Below, piece after piece: positions 28,782 through 46,107 of a DNA stretch of 64,000 nucleotides. How positions within the stretch are numbered: position 1 is the first letter of the stretch; the number at the start of each line of letters is the position of its first letter. The notes beneath the pieces were generated by a model. That model did not search any database, had not been told where the DNA came from, and was given only the letters and a program-made list of their open reading frames with translations. Source of the DNA: Escherichia phage ekra; sequence record MN850644.1; one strand, written 5' to 3'. The translations under genes were made by a program, and so were the position numbers.

Positions 28782-29930
28782 TTAAGCTGTTCTCTGCCAT
28801 ACATACAATACGAAGGATGGCTGTTCAACACTAAATGCTTGACCAGAACCAGTTGGACCAGTTGTGCCAGAGTGTGAATGCTCACCTGCTCCGGTTACTG
28901 TTACTGTTGCTGAGTGGTTGTGGGAACCAATTGCAACAGAATGGTTGTGAGCACCAATCCCAACTGTGTGATTATGCGCGCCAATTGCTACAGAGTGAGT
29001 GTGGTTGTTAGCTGTTGTCAGCGTAGCTCTTGGGTCATAGCTTGCCCCCTCAACTGATAAACCTCTCCAACCACCATCAGCATAACCACGATTAATGAAT
29101 GTTGTTTGTGTTAAACCAGCAGCACTGGTTGTTCTGTTACCATAGTCATAAGTAGATACAGTCTTTGTTCCATAGTCAAACGTTGTAGTCCCTTTAGTAC
29201 CGTAGTCAAAAGCACTGATAGAGGCCGTTGCACCGTGTGTGTGACCACCACCAGTGACGTATACTGAGTGAGTGTGTGCAGGAATATTGTTAACTGTCAG
29301 TGCAGTAGTCTGCGAACCAAACGTTGAACCAACTGGCCTAGAAGCACTATCATAACCTACAAGTGCTCTTCCTTTTGAAACTAACTCCCAAGTACCCCCA
29401 CAAATTAAATATGTAGAAGGGTTTGCAGGATTCATAGAGAGATGGATAGTACCTACTGGATAAGAAGCCTGAACAGCCTTGTACAAGTTATTTACTGCTC
29501 TTGCTGTAGCATACTTATCTGCATCCTCATTATAAAGGTTAGATGTCACCCAGTTCTGAACATTGCTTAACCCAACCTGTGCCTTAGTAGTATTGTGTGG
29601 GTTGCTCTTATCATCAATATGTTGTTGAATAAGATTATTAACCTCTTCTGAAGACATAATCTGTAGATTTGCTCTTGCCTCAGCTACATTAACAATGTCT
29701 GATAAGTTATTTTCAGCAACTAACTGGAGAGCATTAATAACGTTATCTAAACCAATTTGTGTCTTAGTAACACCATGAGGGTTATTTCTTAGGCTTGAGT
29801 GTGGAGCAAGTAATTGCTCAAGAGTACATCTCTTATCCTCGATACCCTGTTTAAGATGGAAGATATCACTAAGGTCAATTGGTAAGGCTGCTTGAGGCAA
29901 GGCACTAATTTGAATTTCACCTACTGCCAT
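28782..29930 (-). CDS. tail fiber protein, second paralog with His-x-His repeats
   Basis: 382-aa ORF; C-terminal HTHSVAIGAHNHTVGIGAHNHSVAIGSHNHS and GSGQAFSV...WQRTA. Confidence 0.7.
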   Translation of the reverse strand: MAVGEIQISALPQAALPIDLSDIFHLKQGIEDKRCTLEQLLAPHSSLRNNPHGVTKTQIGLDNVINALQLVAENNLSDIVNVAEARANLQIMSSEEVNNLIQQHIDDKSNPHNTTKAQVGLSNVQNWVTSNLYNEDADKYATARAVNNLYKAVQASYPVGTIHLSMNPANPSTYLICGGTWELVSKGRALVGYDSASRPVGSTFGSQTTALTVNNIPAHTHSVYVTGGGHTHGATASISAFDYGTKGTTTFDYGTKTVSTYDYGNRTTSAAGLTQTTFINRGYADGGWRGLSVEGASYDPRATLTTANNHTHSVAIGAHNHTVGIGAHNHSVAIGSHNHSATVTVTGAGEHSHSGTTGPTGSGQAFSVEQPSFVLYVWQRTA

Positions 29931-29932
29931 TA

Positions 29933-37930
<7,998 letters not shown>

Positions 37931-37931
<1 letters not shown>

Positions 37932-38170
37932 TACATTTTTCCTGCTCTTCTAAGTTCGTTGTAAGCAATTTCCTCTTTATACGACCTCTGAATTTCAAGA
38001 AATTGTCTCAATGATAATAAATCAGAGAATGTCATAGCAAAGAGTTGGTCAAGTGTTTCTTTACACCCTTCCATACCATAAATAGCAAGCACAAATTTCA
38101 TCTCGTCTGCTTCTTCATAGGTTGCCTCTACAGCAGCATCAGTTAGTGGTGTCTGTAGAGTGTTACCCAT
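37931..38170 (-). CDS. tail assembly chaperone, frameshift-extension ORF (GT-like)
   Basis: 79-aa ORF in -1 frame relative to 38173..38571; frame is open back to the slippery site. Confidence 0.4.
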
Positions 38171-38172
38171 GT

Positions 38173-38571
38173 TTACTGAGAAGTTAGGCTTTTGAAAATG
38201 CTTGCTTCGAAAAAACTTCCGAAGTTTGCCTCCAGCGCAAATGCTAAGTAATCAATAAATTCACCATAGTTTGCTTGGAAGTATGTATCAATATTAAGTG
38301 GGAAGTCATCAACAGTTGCCCCTTGAAATAACAGGGTAGCCATTTCTTCAAGGTTGATTTCTTCAATTCTGTCAAAACAAGCTTCAACAAGTTCTTTAAA
38401 TGGAACCATTGGAGCTTCTTTCTTATCTTTATCAGTCAGACTTGATAGCATCTGTGCAAAAGTTGGAACAACAATTTTACCCAACTTCATAGACATCTTA
38501 ATACCATCTCTTGCCCCAAGCAGAACGATATTTACTTTCTTACCATTAATTACTCTAGATTCTGTTTTCAT
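38173..38571 (-). CDS. tail assembly chaperone (G-like)
   Basis: 132-aa ORF directly upstream of tape measure; contains U UUU UUC slippery heptamer near 3' end. Confidence 0.45.
   Translation of the reverse strand: MKTESRVINGKKVNIVLLGARDGIKMSMKLGKIVVPTFAQMLSSLTDKDKKEAPMVPFKELVEACFDRIEEINLEEMATLLFQGATVDDFPLNIDTYFQANYGEFIDYLAFALEANFGSFFEASIFKSLTSQ
38209..38215 (-). other. putative -1 programmed ribosomal frameshift slippery site UUUUUUC
   Basis: Minus-sense GGA AGU UUU UUC GAA in the 0 frame of ORF 38173..38571; -1 frame is open from here into ORF 37931..38170. Confidence 0.45.
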
Positions 38572-38597
38572 TGTGATTCCTTAATACTTTTAAAAGA

Positions 38598-38633
38598 AAC
38601 AAAAAAGGGGAAGACCTTTTAAAGTCTCCCCCT
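38598..38633 (-). terminator. terminator-like hairpin with U-run after tail tube gene
   Basis: GGGGAAGAC / GTCTCCCCC stem, T-run in minus sense (rc of GAAACAAAAAA). Confidence 0.45.
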
Positions 38634-38644
38634 TATAGGATTTA

Positions 38645-39091
38645 TTAAACACTTGACGCTGGAATTGTTGAAGTGTAGTCTAGCTTCTCACAACCAAAAA
38701 TCCAAGTTTTAGAGTTCTGGTCACGACCAAGTTCAATCTGTGGTAATTCCTGCAACCAAGCATTAATACCAGTTGCCAGAACAGAGCCTGATGGGTCGTA
38801 GATTACGAAGTTAGAAGAGATATCTTCTTCAAGTTCCATATTGTCTTGTTTAGCTTGAATTGCAGAAAGCATCTGGTTAGAGAGAGAAGTCTGCATTAGC
38901 TCAATCTCAATAGTACCTGTCTTGTCTGCATTTCGTGTCAGAGCAACCTGACCACCTGCACCAACAACTGGTGTCACAAGTGGTGATGTTCTCTGTAGAC
39001 GCAAGAATGAGTCTGGAGCAAAGCCTTCAATAGCAATGCCGTTCCAGCTACATACAACGTCTTTAGGGGAATATTGCTGATACATAGCCAT
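38645..39091 (-). CDS. tail tube protein
   Basis: 148-aa ORF immediately downstream of the sheath gene; myovirus sheath-tube order. Confidence 0.5.
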   Translation of the reverse strand: MAMYQQYSPKDVVCSWNGIAIEGFAPDSFLRLQRTSPLVTPVVGAGGQVALTRNADKTGTIEIELMQTSLSNQMLSAIQAKQDNMELEEDISSNFVIYDPSGSVLATGINAWLQELPQIELGRDQNSKTWIFGCEKLDYTSTIPASSV

Positions 39092-39106
39092 TCCAATTTA
39101 CCTCTA

Positions 39107-40459
39107 TTATTCGTAAGCCACTGTACCTTTCAAGTCAACATCCAAGATAGCCCCTGCTAAGATACCTGCGAAGGTAACATCTTTCAGGATACGTGCTTTC
39201 TTGTCTGCTAAAGCAACTTGAGAGGCTTTAGGAACATTAACTGTGTAAGATGACAGGAAGTTTCTGTTGACTGCTCTTTGCAGAGAGGTTTCAATGACTT
39301 GACGAATACGGGTAATACCAGTATCATCATAAGTAATCTTACCACCCTTCTGGTTAATTAGCAAGTCTCTCAGAGAAGTTTTCAGGTCTGATTCTAACCA
39401 GTCAACACCACGGACGATATCAATCCATTCCCCACCAGAAGTAATCCCTCTACGAACCACTGGAACACCACCATCAAGGTCAATAAAGTTACAGTGACGT
39501 ACATCTAAAGCAGACTTCTGAATACTTGTCAGAGGTCTCTGATTAGATGGTTGTAGAGAAGCTGCTACGCCAGTTAGCTGAGCATTACCCCAAGCAATTG
39601 AGCCTGCATCATATGGAGCACCATAAGCAATGTATGCCATCTCTGGATAATCTTCTGCTGCTGCGTGATGCCACAAGCAAACTGTACGAGTGTACATATT
39701 CTTAGCAAGCTGTGCTGGAACATCATTTGCACTGGCTAATTCTGTACCTTGTAGGGCTGTTACATCGGAGTTAGCCGTAAAGAAGATTTTCTTACGAGCC
39801 TGAATCTCAGAAGCCATTGCTAAGACAAACTGTTGAGTTCTGTCTTCTGCTGCAATGAAATACCAGTCAGTAGAGTAAGCTTCGATAGCTGCCAGAGCAG
39901 TTGCTGCTGTATCAGCAGTTGTACTTGCAATATATACAGTCTGTGCTGTGGTTGTTACTTTCACAAAGTCATTATCACCAGCTTTGGTAATAATCATTGT
40001 GGCAGAGCCATTGCTACCAGTTACATTCACAGAAACCTTATCTTTGATTGTTGGGTCAGCTTCAATCTGTGTTTTAAACTGTTGCAACACTACCTCAGCA
40101 GTGTCTGAATCTTGTGCTGTGTACTGGTATGGTTGAGAAATTCCACCGCCAACAGCTACAGTAATTGAGTAGTCTGTACTTTCGGTAACGGCATCAGGAA
40201 TTGATACAGTGTACTGCATAGCGCGTCTACCGATATAAAGCTGAGTTACTTTAGGAGTCTGACTCCAAAGTTGTTTAGCAGCCTTATATGCAGCAGTATT
40301 CTCATCGAAATCTTCAGCAACTTCAGTTAAGGAAGTGTAACCACGCACTCTTTCTTCAAAGTTATCTGTTGAAGCTAAGAATAGTGGCAAACCAAAACCT
40401 TCTCTTGTAGTTCCTGCGGTGTTCAATGTAATATCTACATTAACAATTGGATTCCACAT
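39107..40459 (-). CDS. contractile tail sheath protein
   Basis: 450-aa ORF followed by tube gene; size and position. Confidence 0.55.
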   Translation of the reverse strand: MWNPIVNVDITLNTAGTTREGFGLPLFLASTDNFEERVRGYTSLTEVAEDFDENTAAYKAAKQLWSQTPKVTQLYIGRRAMQYTVSIPDAVTESTDYSITVAVGGGISQPYQYTAQDSDTAEVVLQQFKTQIEADPTIKDKVSVNVTGSNGSATMIITKAGDNDFVKVTTTAQTVYIASTTADTAATALAAIEAYSTDWYFIAAEDRTQQFVLAMASEIQARKKIFFTANSDVTALQGTELASANDVPAQLAKNMYTRTVCLWHHAAAEDYPEMAYIAYGAPYDAGSIAWGNAQLTGVAASLQPSNQRPLTSIQKSALDVRHCNFIDLDGGVPVVRRGITSGGEWIDIVRGVDWLESDLKTSLRDLLINQKGGKITYDDTGITRIRQVIETSLQRAVNRNFLSSYTVNVPKASQVALADKKARILKDVTFAGILAGAILDVDLKGTVAYE

Positions 40460-41059
40460 TTATTTTACCCCTTTGGAGTCTACATCTAGATGGATAGTAT
40501 ATTCTGGTGGCTCTTGTCCTTCTTCATAAACCAACTCACCATCAACAATGACACGCTCAATAATACTTCCACGTTCATCCTTCAGGACTGAGTTTTTTAC
40601 AAGAGTTACAACAAGAGGCGCAGAATTTTCGAAATCTGTATTGAGATAAGTGTAGTCATTCGGGATAGCTCCAGTGTCTAGTACTGTAGCTCCTGTTTCT
40701 TCAAGGATTAAATCTCTGACTGAACTCATCTCTAATCGTTGTTTAAGCTCAAGCATAATACTGTGAGCACCTTTACCATTTACCGTAATCAATACAGGAA
40801 TCTGAAAAGCAATTCTGTAGCAAACTACATCATCCTCAACAAACTTATCAAGAACCCAACCATAAGGTGTTGCAGCATCTTGACAATATACGGTGATAAA
40901 TGGCTGGTCAGGTTTTAAACCTTTGTCATTTGAGTTATCAGAAGGGTAAGCTCTAATTACGTTTGGCCTATTATTTTTATCACGAGCTAGTCTGTGACCA
41001 ATAACATCCACTAAGGTTCTAACTAGACCTTTTTCAAGTTCTGCTGTTTCTAACTGCAT
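40460..41059 (-). CDS. hypothetical virion protein (neck/tail completion region)
   Basis: 199-aa ORF between capsid and sheath modules. Confidence 0.3.
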   Translation of the reverse strand: MQLETAELEKGLVRTLVDVIGHRLARDKNNRPNVIRAYPSDNSNDKGLKPDQPFITVYCQDAATPYGWVLDKFVEDDVVCYRIAFQIPVLITVNGKGAHSIMLELKQRLEMSSVRDLILEETGATVLDTGAIPNDYTYLNTDFENSAPLVVTLVKNSVLKDERGSIIERVIVDGELVYEEGQEPPEYTIHLDVDSKGVK

Positions 41060-41435
41060 TCATTTTATCCCTTCTAATAATGATATATTCATAATGGGAC
41101 GTATGGGCTAATTGCTGTGACCAATCCATAGTCATAAATACTTCATACTCATGACCATCAATCATAACAATATCAGACTCATTCCACTCTACATCATCTG
41201 AAGTTCTAAGTTTATATGTGGTATACAGGATTCTTGTATCGGTAAGCCTGATACCTTCCGGTAAAGCAATCTGTGTACCATTCTTTACAGAACCTTTGAT
41301 ATATGGCTGGATATTACCTTTGCAGTTAACCTCTACAATATCTTGTGAAGCTACCCAATCACCATCATCATTATAATAACCATCTTCAGAGACTTTACGC
41401 TTTACTACAAAGCTGTGTCTGTTTAAGAGTCTCAT
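41034..41435 (-). CDS. hypothetical virion protein
   Basis: 133-aa ORF. Confidence 0.3.
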   Translation of the reverse strand: MRLLNRHSFVVKRKVSEDGYYNDDGDWVASQDIVEVNCKGNIQPYIKGSVKNGTQIALPEGIRLTDTRILYTTYKLRTSDDVEWNESDIVMIDGHEYEVFMTMDWSQQLAHTSHYEYIIIRRDKMNAVRNSRT

Positions 41436-41914
41436 TTCTTAATACCCTTCTTAGTAGAAATTTTATAAGCAAGGTTATCTCTTAAGTCACCTGTCTCAAC
41501 AAGAGGTGCGTTAAAGCCTTTTTTCTTGACTGTGGAAGGTGCGTTAGGAGGGAGGATAGCAGAATTACCAAAGCCCCTTTTAATTGTCTTTTGAGCATTC
41601 TTTGCAAATGCTTCTAAGGTATTTGAAGGGTCTGTGTTGAGACTGCTAAGTTGCTTATATAGATTCTTCTTAGTCTGCTCTAACAAGGTCTGTTTGTTTA
41701 GCATCATAGTGATTTCAAACAACCTACGATATACTTTACCAGAAGCTGAAGGAACCCCAATAACTTCTTGTAAATACATTAAAGCAGGATAAGAAAAACC
41801 AGAGCTATGTTGACCTTGTTCTTGAAAATACCCAACTTGAGCATTAGCCGTTTGCAAGTTCTTCATAGCCCCGACTAATTTTGCTCTAGCGGGGTGAATA
41901 ACCCTTTTAACCAT
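41432..41914 (-). CDS. hypothetical head-tail joining protein
   Basis: 160-aa ORF. Confidence 0.3.
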   Translation of the reverse strand: MVKRVIHPARAKLVGAMKNLQTANAQVGYFQEQGQHSSGFSYPALMYLQEVIGVPSASGKVYRRLFEITMMLNKQTLLEQTKKNLYKQLSSLNTDPSNTLEAFAKNAQKTIKRGFGNSAILPPNAPSTVKKKGFNAPLVETGDLRDNLAYKISTKKGIKK

Positions 41915-42363
41915 TATTCATCTCGCTCGATAATAAATACGCCATTAACACGGTTGCAGTAATCTCTGCCTTCGTATCTGGCAGCGTCACCATATTCTGT
42001 GTATTTCTTGACAGAGCAAGGATTCTGACGACGCATGTCAATATCACACTGATTAATACCACCTGCATAGGGTAGTCCTGAAACAGAGCTTTTAACAAGG
42101 TCGTCATAAACAGCTTTCAGAGACTTGAATCTGGAAGAGTTACGTAAATAAACACCACCAACCTTCTCATCTCCCATCTTGGCTACTTGAAAGAGTAAAT
42201 ATTTAAGAGCTTTGATGGCTGCTTTCTTTTCATCCTTTCCAGATTCTAGATAGAACCACTCTAGCACAGACTGCTCAATAAGAATTTCATCATTATTGGT
42301 GTCTGTGCAGAGGATTCTTACTCTATCAAGAGGGTTATTGGCTGGGTCGCCTGTATAACACAT
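41914..42363 (-). CDS. hypothetical head completion protein
   Basis: 149-aa ORF. Confidence 0.3.
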   Translation of the reverse strand: MCYTGDPANNPLDRVRILCTDTNNDEILIEQSVLEWFYLESGKDEKKAAIKALKYLLFQVAKMGDEKVGGVYLRNSSRFKSLKAVYDDLVKSSVSGLPYAGGINQCDIDMRRQNPCSVKKYTEYGDAARYEGRDYCNRVNGVFIIERDE

Positions 42364-42384
42364 TCATAACCCTCCTTAAGAATA

Positions 42385-43494
42385 TTATTCTTGAGCGTCA
42401 GAACGAACATCTACCAGCAACTGAGGACGTGTGCAGTATGGCAGCATGTAAGAGTGAGCTTCAAAGTCAATACCTTCGTCACGGTCTTTTTCGTATTCGA
42501 ATACGTACAGTTCCTGACCCAGAGTATTTGCATAACCCATCTTAGGACATGGGCCATATGCCACTTCGAAGATGTTGTTTGCTTCACCCAGCATAGAAAC
42601 GTTAGGGAAAGCATGACCTACACCTACAGTTCCATCCTGAGTAACACCATCAATACTAACCAGAGTATGAACCTTACCACGCTTGTCTTTGAACTTACCG
42701 TTGTACTGGACAAACTTAACACCACCGTAGTAGAAAGTGTTCATATGAGCCTGAACGCCGTCAGCACCACCAGTTCTCAGAGAACCAGTAATCTGTTGCC
42801 AAGCCAGTGGAGTCTGCTGTGCAAGATAAGCGTCACGAATCTTAGGGTGCTTAACCAGTTTGCTGAAGAATACACGGTCAACAACTACGTGAATTTCTTC
42901 ACCGTTGATTACAGTGCCAGTCTTAGCTTCGTCTTCCATGTGCATACGCAGTTCTTCAATAGCAGCATCGATGTCAGCATTAGGGTTGTCAAGGTCGAAG
43001 TAAATAGTCTTCTTCTCAACGTCGAACTGCTTGTACAGGTCAGCATACAGAGTACCACGAGCATCAACAACTTTACCCTTCAGAGCTTGCATAAACAAGA
43101 ACTCACGAGTAATATCGAACTTGGTACGAATCTTCATCAGCTTCTTAGCACGTACTACAGCTTCAGTAGTCAGTTCGTTTGCAGTGCCTGGCTGACGTAC
43201 ACCCTGAATCTCATCAGGAGTAATGCTTTCAACTTCTTTGAAGTACATCATTGGGAAGCTGATTTGACGAACACGCTCAGGTGCGCTAGTCTCTGCTTTA
43301 CGGCTATCACGGTCTACCGCATCAAGCAAGCTAACATCCCAATCAGTCAAGTCCATAAGGAAAGTAGTTTGGGTGATTGGTGCTGAACGGAACAGACCTA
43401 AGTTGGAAATATACCCATAAGTATTAGGGATAGACTGGACTTCACCAGTCAGGTCAGCAAGGAAAAATCTGCTTTTTTCAGAATTAGTCAACAT
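42385..43494 (-). CDS. major capsid protein (lambda gpE-like family, tentative family assignment)
   Basis: 369-aa ORF downstream of protease/scaffold and decoration-like genes; strong RBS; size typical. Confidence 0.6.
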   Translation of the reverse strand: MLTNSEKSRFFLADLTGEVQSIPNTYGYISNLGLFRSAPITQTTFLMDLTDWDVSLLDAVDRDSRKAETSAPERVRQISFPMMYFKEVESITPDEIQGVRQPGTANELTTEAVVRAKKLMKIRTKFDITREFLFMQALKGKVVDARGTLYADLYKQFDVEKKTIYFDLDNPNADIDAAIEELRMHMEDEAKTGTVINGEEIHVVVDRVFFSKLVKHPKIRDAYLAQQTPLAWQQITGSLRTGGADGVQAHMNTFYYGGVKFVQYNGKFKDKRGKVHTLVSIDGVTQDGTVGVGHAFPNVSMLGEANNIFEVAYGPCPKMGYANTLGQELYVFEYEKDRDEGIDFEAHSYMLPYCTRPQLLVDVRSDAQE

Positions 43495-43527
43495 TGTAAA
43501 ATTCTCCAGAATGTCTTATTATTGTTA

Positions 43528-43905
43528 TTACAGGCCAGTTGGTACGAAATCAATACCTTTAGCAGCCAGAGCTTTCTTGACTTCAGTAGCATCAACGCTT
43601 GATTCAAGAGTTAGCAGGTCTTTCAGTTCTGCATCACGGTGGATACCTACCACTTTCAACTGACCATGATAAGACAGTTGCAGGTCTGCGTAGAAATTAA
43701 CGATACATACAGAGTCTGCTTGGGCTTCTTCTCCAGCTTGTACCTTAGTACCATCTGCTTTCAGAACTTCACCTACGCGGTATTCTGTTGAAGCAACTGG
43801 AGTGTACTCTTTACGAGAGTGGCCTGTTGGTGTAATCTGTTCCCAAAGAATGATATCATTCAGAGGTTCTCTGTTACCTAACTTAGTAAAACCTTGATAT
43901 GCCAT
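43528..43905 (-). CDS. head decoration-like protein
   Basis: 125-aa ORF between protease/scaffold and capsid genes. Confidence 0.4.
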   Translation of the reverse strand: MAYQGFTKLGNREPLNDIILWEQITPTGHSRKEYTPVASTEYRVGEVLKADGTKVQAGEEAQADSVCIVNFYADLQLSYHGQLKVVGIHRDAELKDLLTLESSVDATEVKKALAAKGIDFVPTGL

Positions 43906-43916
43906 TATTGTGTTCC

Positions 43917-45263
43917 TTATTTGATAAGAGATTTTAGAGCATTCTGGAGAGCCAGTTTGCGTTGTTCAGCGGTGTCTTCGGAAGCATTCTTAGCTGGTTC
44001 TTTTTCTTCTTCAACCAAATCAGCTTCGCCGTCATTACCCATTTCTTCCATAGCATTAGAATGTTCAAGAACAGCACCAGCAGTTTCTTTCAGCTTGGTA
44101 ATTTCTGATTCTTTTTCTTCCATTGCAGAAGCATGGGACGCGATAGTTTCATTAAGTTTCTGGTTAGCACCTTCCATAGCATTCATAAACAGAACACTCA
44201 GAGGGTTATCAAGACCAGCACCTAAAATAGTCGTTGCAGCTTCTTTTGCATCAAATCCAAAAGCTTCAGCAGAAGCAGAAATCTTATTAGTCAAATCTGA
44301 CAAAGCAGCTTCCTGTTCTTTAGCTTTCATTTGAGCAACCTGAAGACGCAAAGCTTCTAGTTCTTGCTTTTCTTGTTCAGTCATTTCTTCACCTGAATTG
44401 TTAACGTTTAAACTTACAGGAGCCTCTTCAGAACCTTGTAAGTAATTTAAGAAATCATCTTGAGACATGATTGAGTTAATTAAACCAAGTTCAAGAGCTT
44501 CCTGAGCAGAATAAACATTCGCCTCAGTATTCTTTACAGCTTCTTCAGAGAGATTACGAGATTCGGCTACAAAACCTGTAAAGGTTGCGTAGGTATCATT
44601 AATTCTCTTTTGAAGTCTTTCTTTGCTTTCTTCTGAAAGTGCTTGGAATGGTGAACCCATACCTTTAAACTCACCAGCTTTGATGACGTTAATTGTTACG
44701 CCATTCTTTTCAAATGCCTTAGTTAATTCCTGATGAACCATAATTACACCAATAGAACCAACATCTGCATCTGGTGATGCGATAATTTCTTCAGCAGAAG
44801 ATGCAAGAGCGTATGCAGCGGAACAAGCGAACTCATCTACATAAGCAATAATTTTCTTTTGGCCTCTTGAAGCCATAATGTGACGTGCTAATTCAAAGCA
44901 ACCTGAAGCTTCACCACCACCAGAATCGATGTGCAGAACAATAGTCTTGATTGACTCATCTGCTAAAGCTTCGTCAAAGCCTCTACGCAAACCTTCATAA
45001 GAGCTTAATCCACCTGTACACATTGCATCAATGAATGTCATACGATGGGTTAAACCACCCATAATAGGGATAATAGCAATGTCATCTTTCACTTTTAAAA
45101 GACTTCTTGCTTCACCTTTGGGTTTATCAAAGTTTACTGCTGCTTGGACATCACCCAGCAATCTGTTATTCACATAAGTTGCTGCTGAGTGAGCTAATGA
45201 TTCAGTGGCTAGTAAAGGTTGGTTGAATAATCTATCAGCAAGTCTGAAGATATTCGAACTCAT
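43917..45263 (-). CDS. prohead protease (S49 / ClpP-like) fused to scaffold-like C-terminal region
   Basis: 448-aa ORF; N-terminal half has S49/SppA-like segment IVLHIDSGGGEASG...FACSAAYALASSAEEI; C-terminal half E/A/K-rich coiled coil. Confidence 0.6.
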   Translation of the reverse strand: MSSNIFRLADRLFNQPLLATESLAHSAATYVNNRLLGDVQAAVNFDKPKGEARSLLKVKDDIAIIPIMGGLTHRMTFIDAMCTGGLSSYEGLRRGFDEALADESIKTIVLHIDSGGGEASGCFELARHIMASRGQKKIIAYVDEFACSAAYALASSAEEIIASPDADVGSIGVIMVHQELTKAFEKNGVTINVIKAGEFKGMGSPFQALSEESKERLQKRINDTYATFTGFVAESRNLSEEAVKNTEANVYSAQEALELGLINSIMSQDDFLNYLQGSEEAPVSLNVNNSGEEMTEQEKQELEALRLQVAQMKAKEQEAALSDLTNKISASAEAFGFDAKEAATTILGAGLDNPLSVLFMNAMEGANQKLNETIASHASAMEEKESEITKLKETAGAVLEHSNAMEEMGNDGEADLVEEEKEPAKNASEDTAEQRKLALQNALKSLIK

Positions 45264-45274
45264 TTTTACTCACC

Positions 45275-45607
45275 CTATTTGTTTAAATCTACAGAGACTG
45301 AAGAGATAACATAGATACCTTCTTCAGCAAAGAATTGAGGTTTGCTAAGAGCACCAGTTGCCACGCATTTATCGTTAGCATCCCACAAGCTATAGTGTGA
45401 GACCGTTGCAGAAGCTGGAACAGTGATATTAACTGTGTCTTCTGAGGCAATTAAGCCATTATCCGGTTCAGAAAAATAAATAGCCACTGGCTGAGTAACC
45501 TTATTTGCTGTAGGGTCTGCCGTTGGGTCTACATTGTGTAAAATAATAGTCGTTGGGGTTAGCGTGGCGAGGATTTTATTCTTACCATCAATAGTTAATG
45601 TTCCCAT
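45275..45607 (-). CDS. hypothetical protein
   Basis: 110-aa ORF. Confidence 0.3.
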   Translation of the reverse strand: MGTLTIDGKNKILATLTPTTIILHNVDPTADPTANKVTQPVAIYFSEPDNGLIASEDTVNITVPASATVSHYSLWDANDKCVATGALSKPQFFAEEGIYVISSVSVDLNK

Positions 45608-46107
45608 TAATTAAACCTTACTTTTTGTTTAAGGACTGTTGAATGGTTACCAGATTCATCTACCACATTTACAATCATATCATAAACTTTACCTTTGACA
45701 AGTACTTTGTAATCATTTTGTGAAAAAATGTACTCAAGTCTGTTTGTTTCTTTATTAACTGTAATTGGAGATTGAAATGCAGTGTCGAGGGTAATGAAAG
45801 CGGCTTCAATGCTATTAACATTGATACGTTTATTCTCGCAGTTATATAACTTTACACCCAAAAGGCATGAACTGTCAAATGGAATTTTAACAATTTCACT
45901 ACAATTTCCTGAAATAAACGGTTTTCCACTCATTGGTGCATCAAGTAACCTGCAAATAGTGAAAACGTCAGAGGCTCCACCATCACTTACATAACCTGAA
46001 AGGCTGACCCTTGAGCCAGCCTCTACAGATAATTTGTCAGTGATAATAAGAACACCTCTATACGAATGCACTCGTGTAGCATTTGAAATAGAGATAACTT
46101 CAGCCAT
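45607..46107 (-). CDS. hypothetical protein
   Basis: 166-aa ORF. Confidence 0.3.
   Translation of the reverse strand: MAEVISISNATRVHSYRGVLIITDKLSVEAGSRVSLSGYVSDGGASDVFTICRLLDAPMSGKPFISGNCSEIVKIPFDSSCLLGVKLYNCENKRINVNSIEAAFITLDTAFQSPITVNKETNRLEYIFSQNDYKVLVKGKVYDMIVNVVDESGNHSTVLKQKVRFN

Noticed and set aside
42391-43386. 331-aa plus-strand ORF
   Set aside because: Lies entirely antisense to the major capsid protein gene (42385..43494); low-complexity translation; typical shadow ORF.
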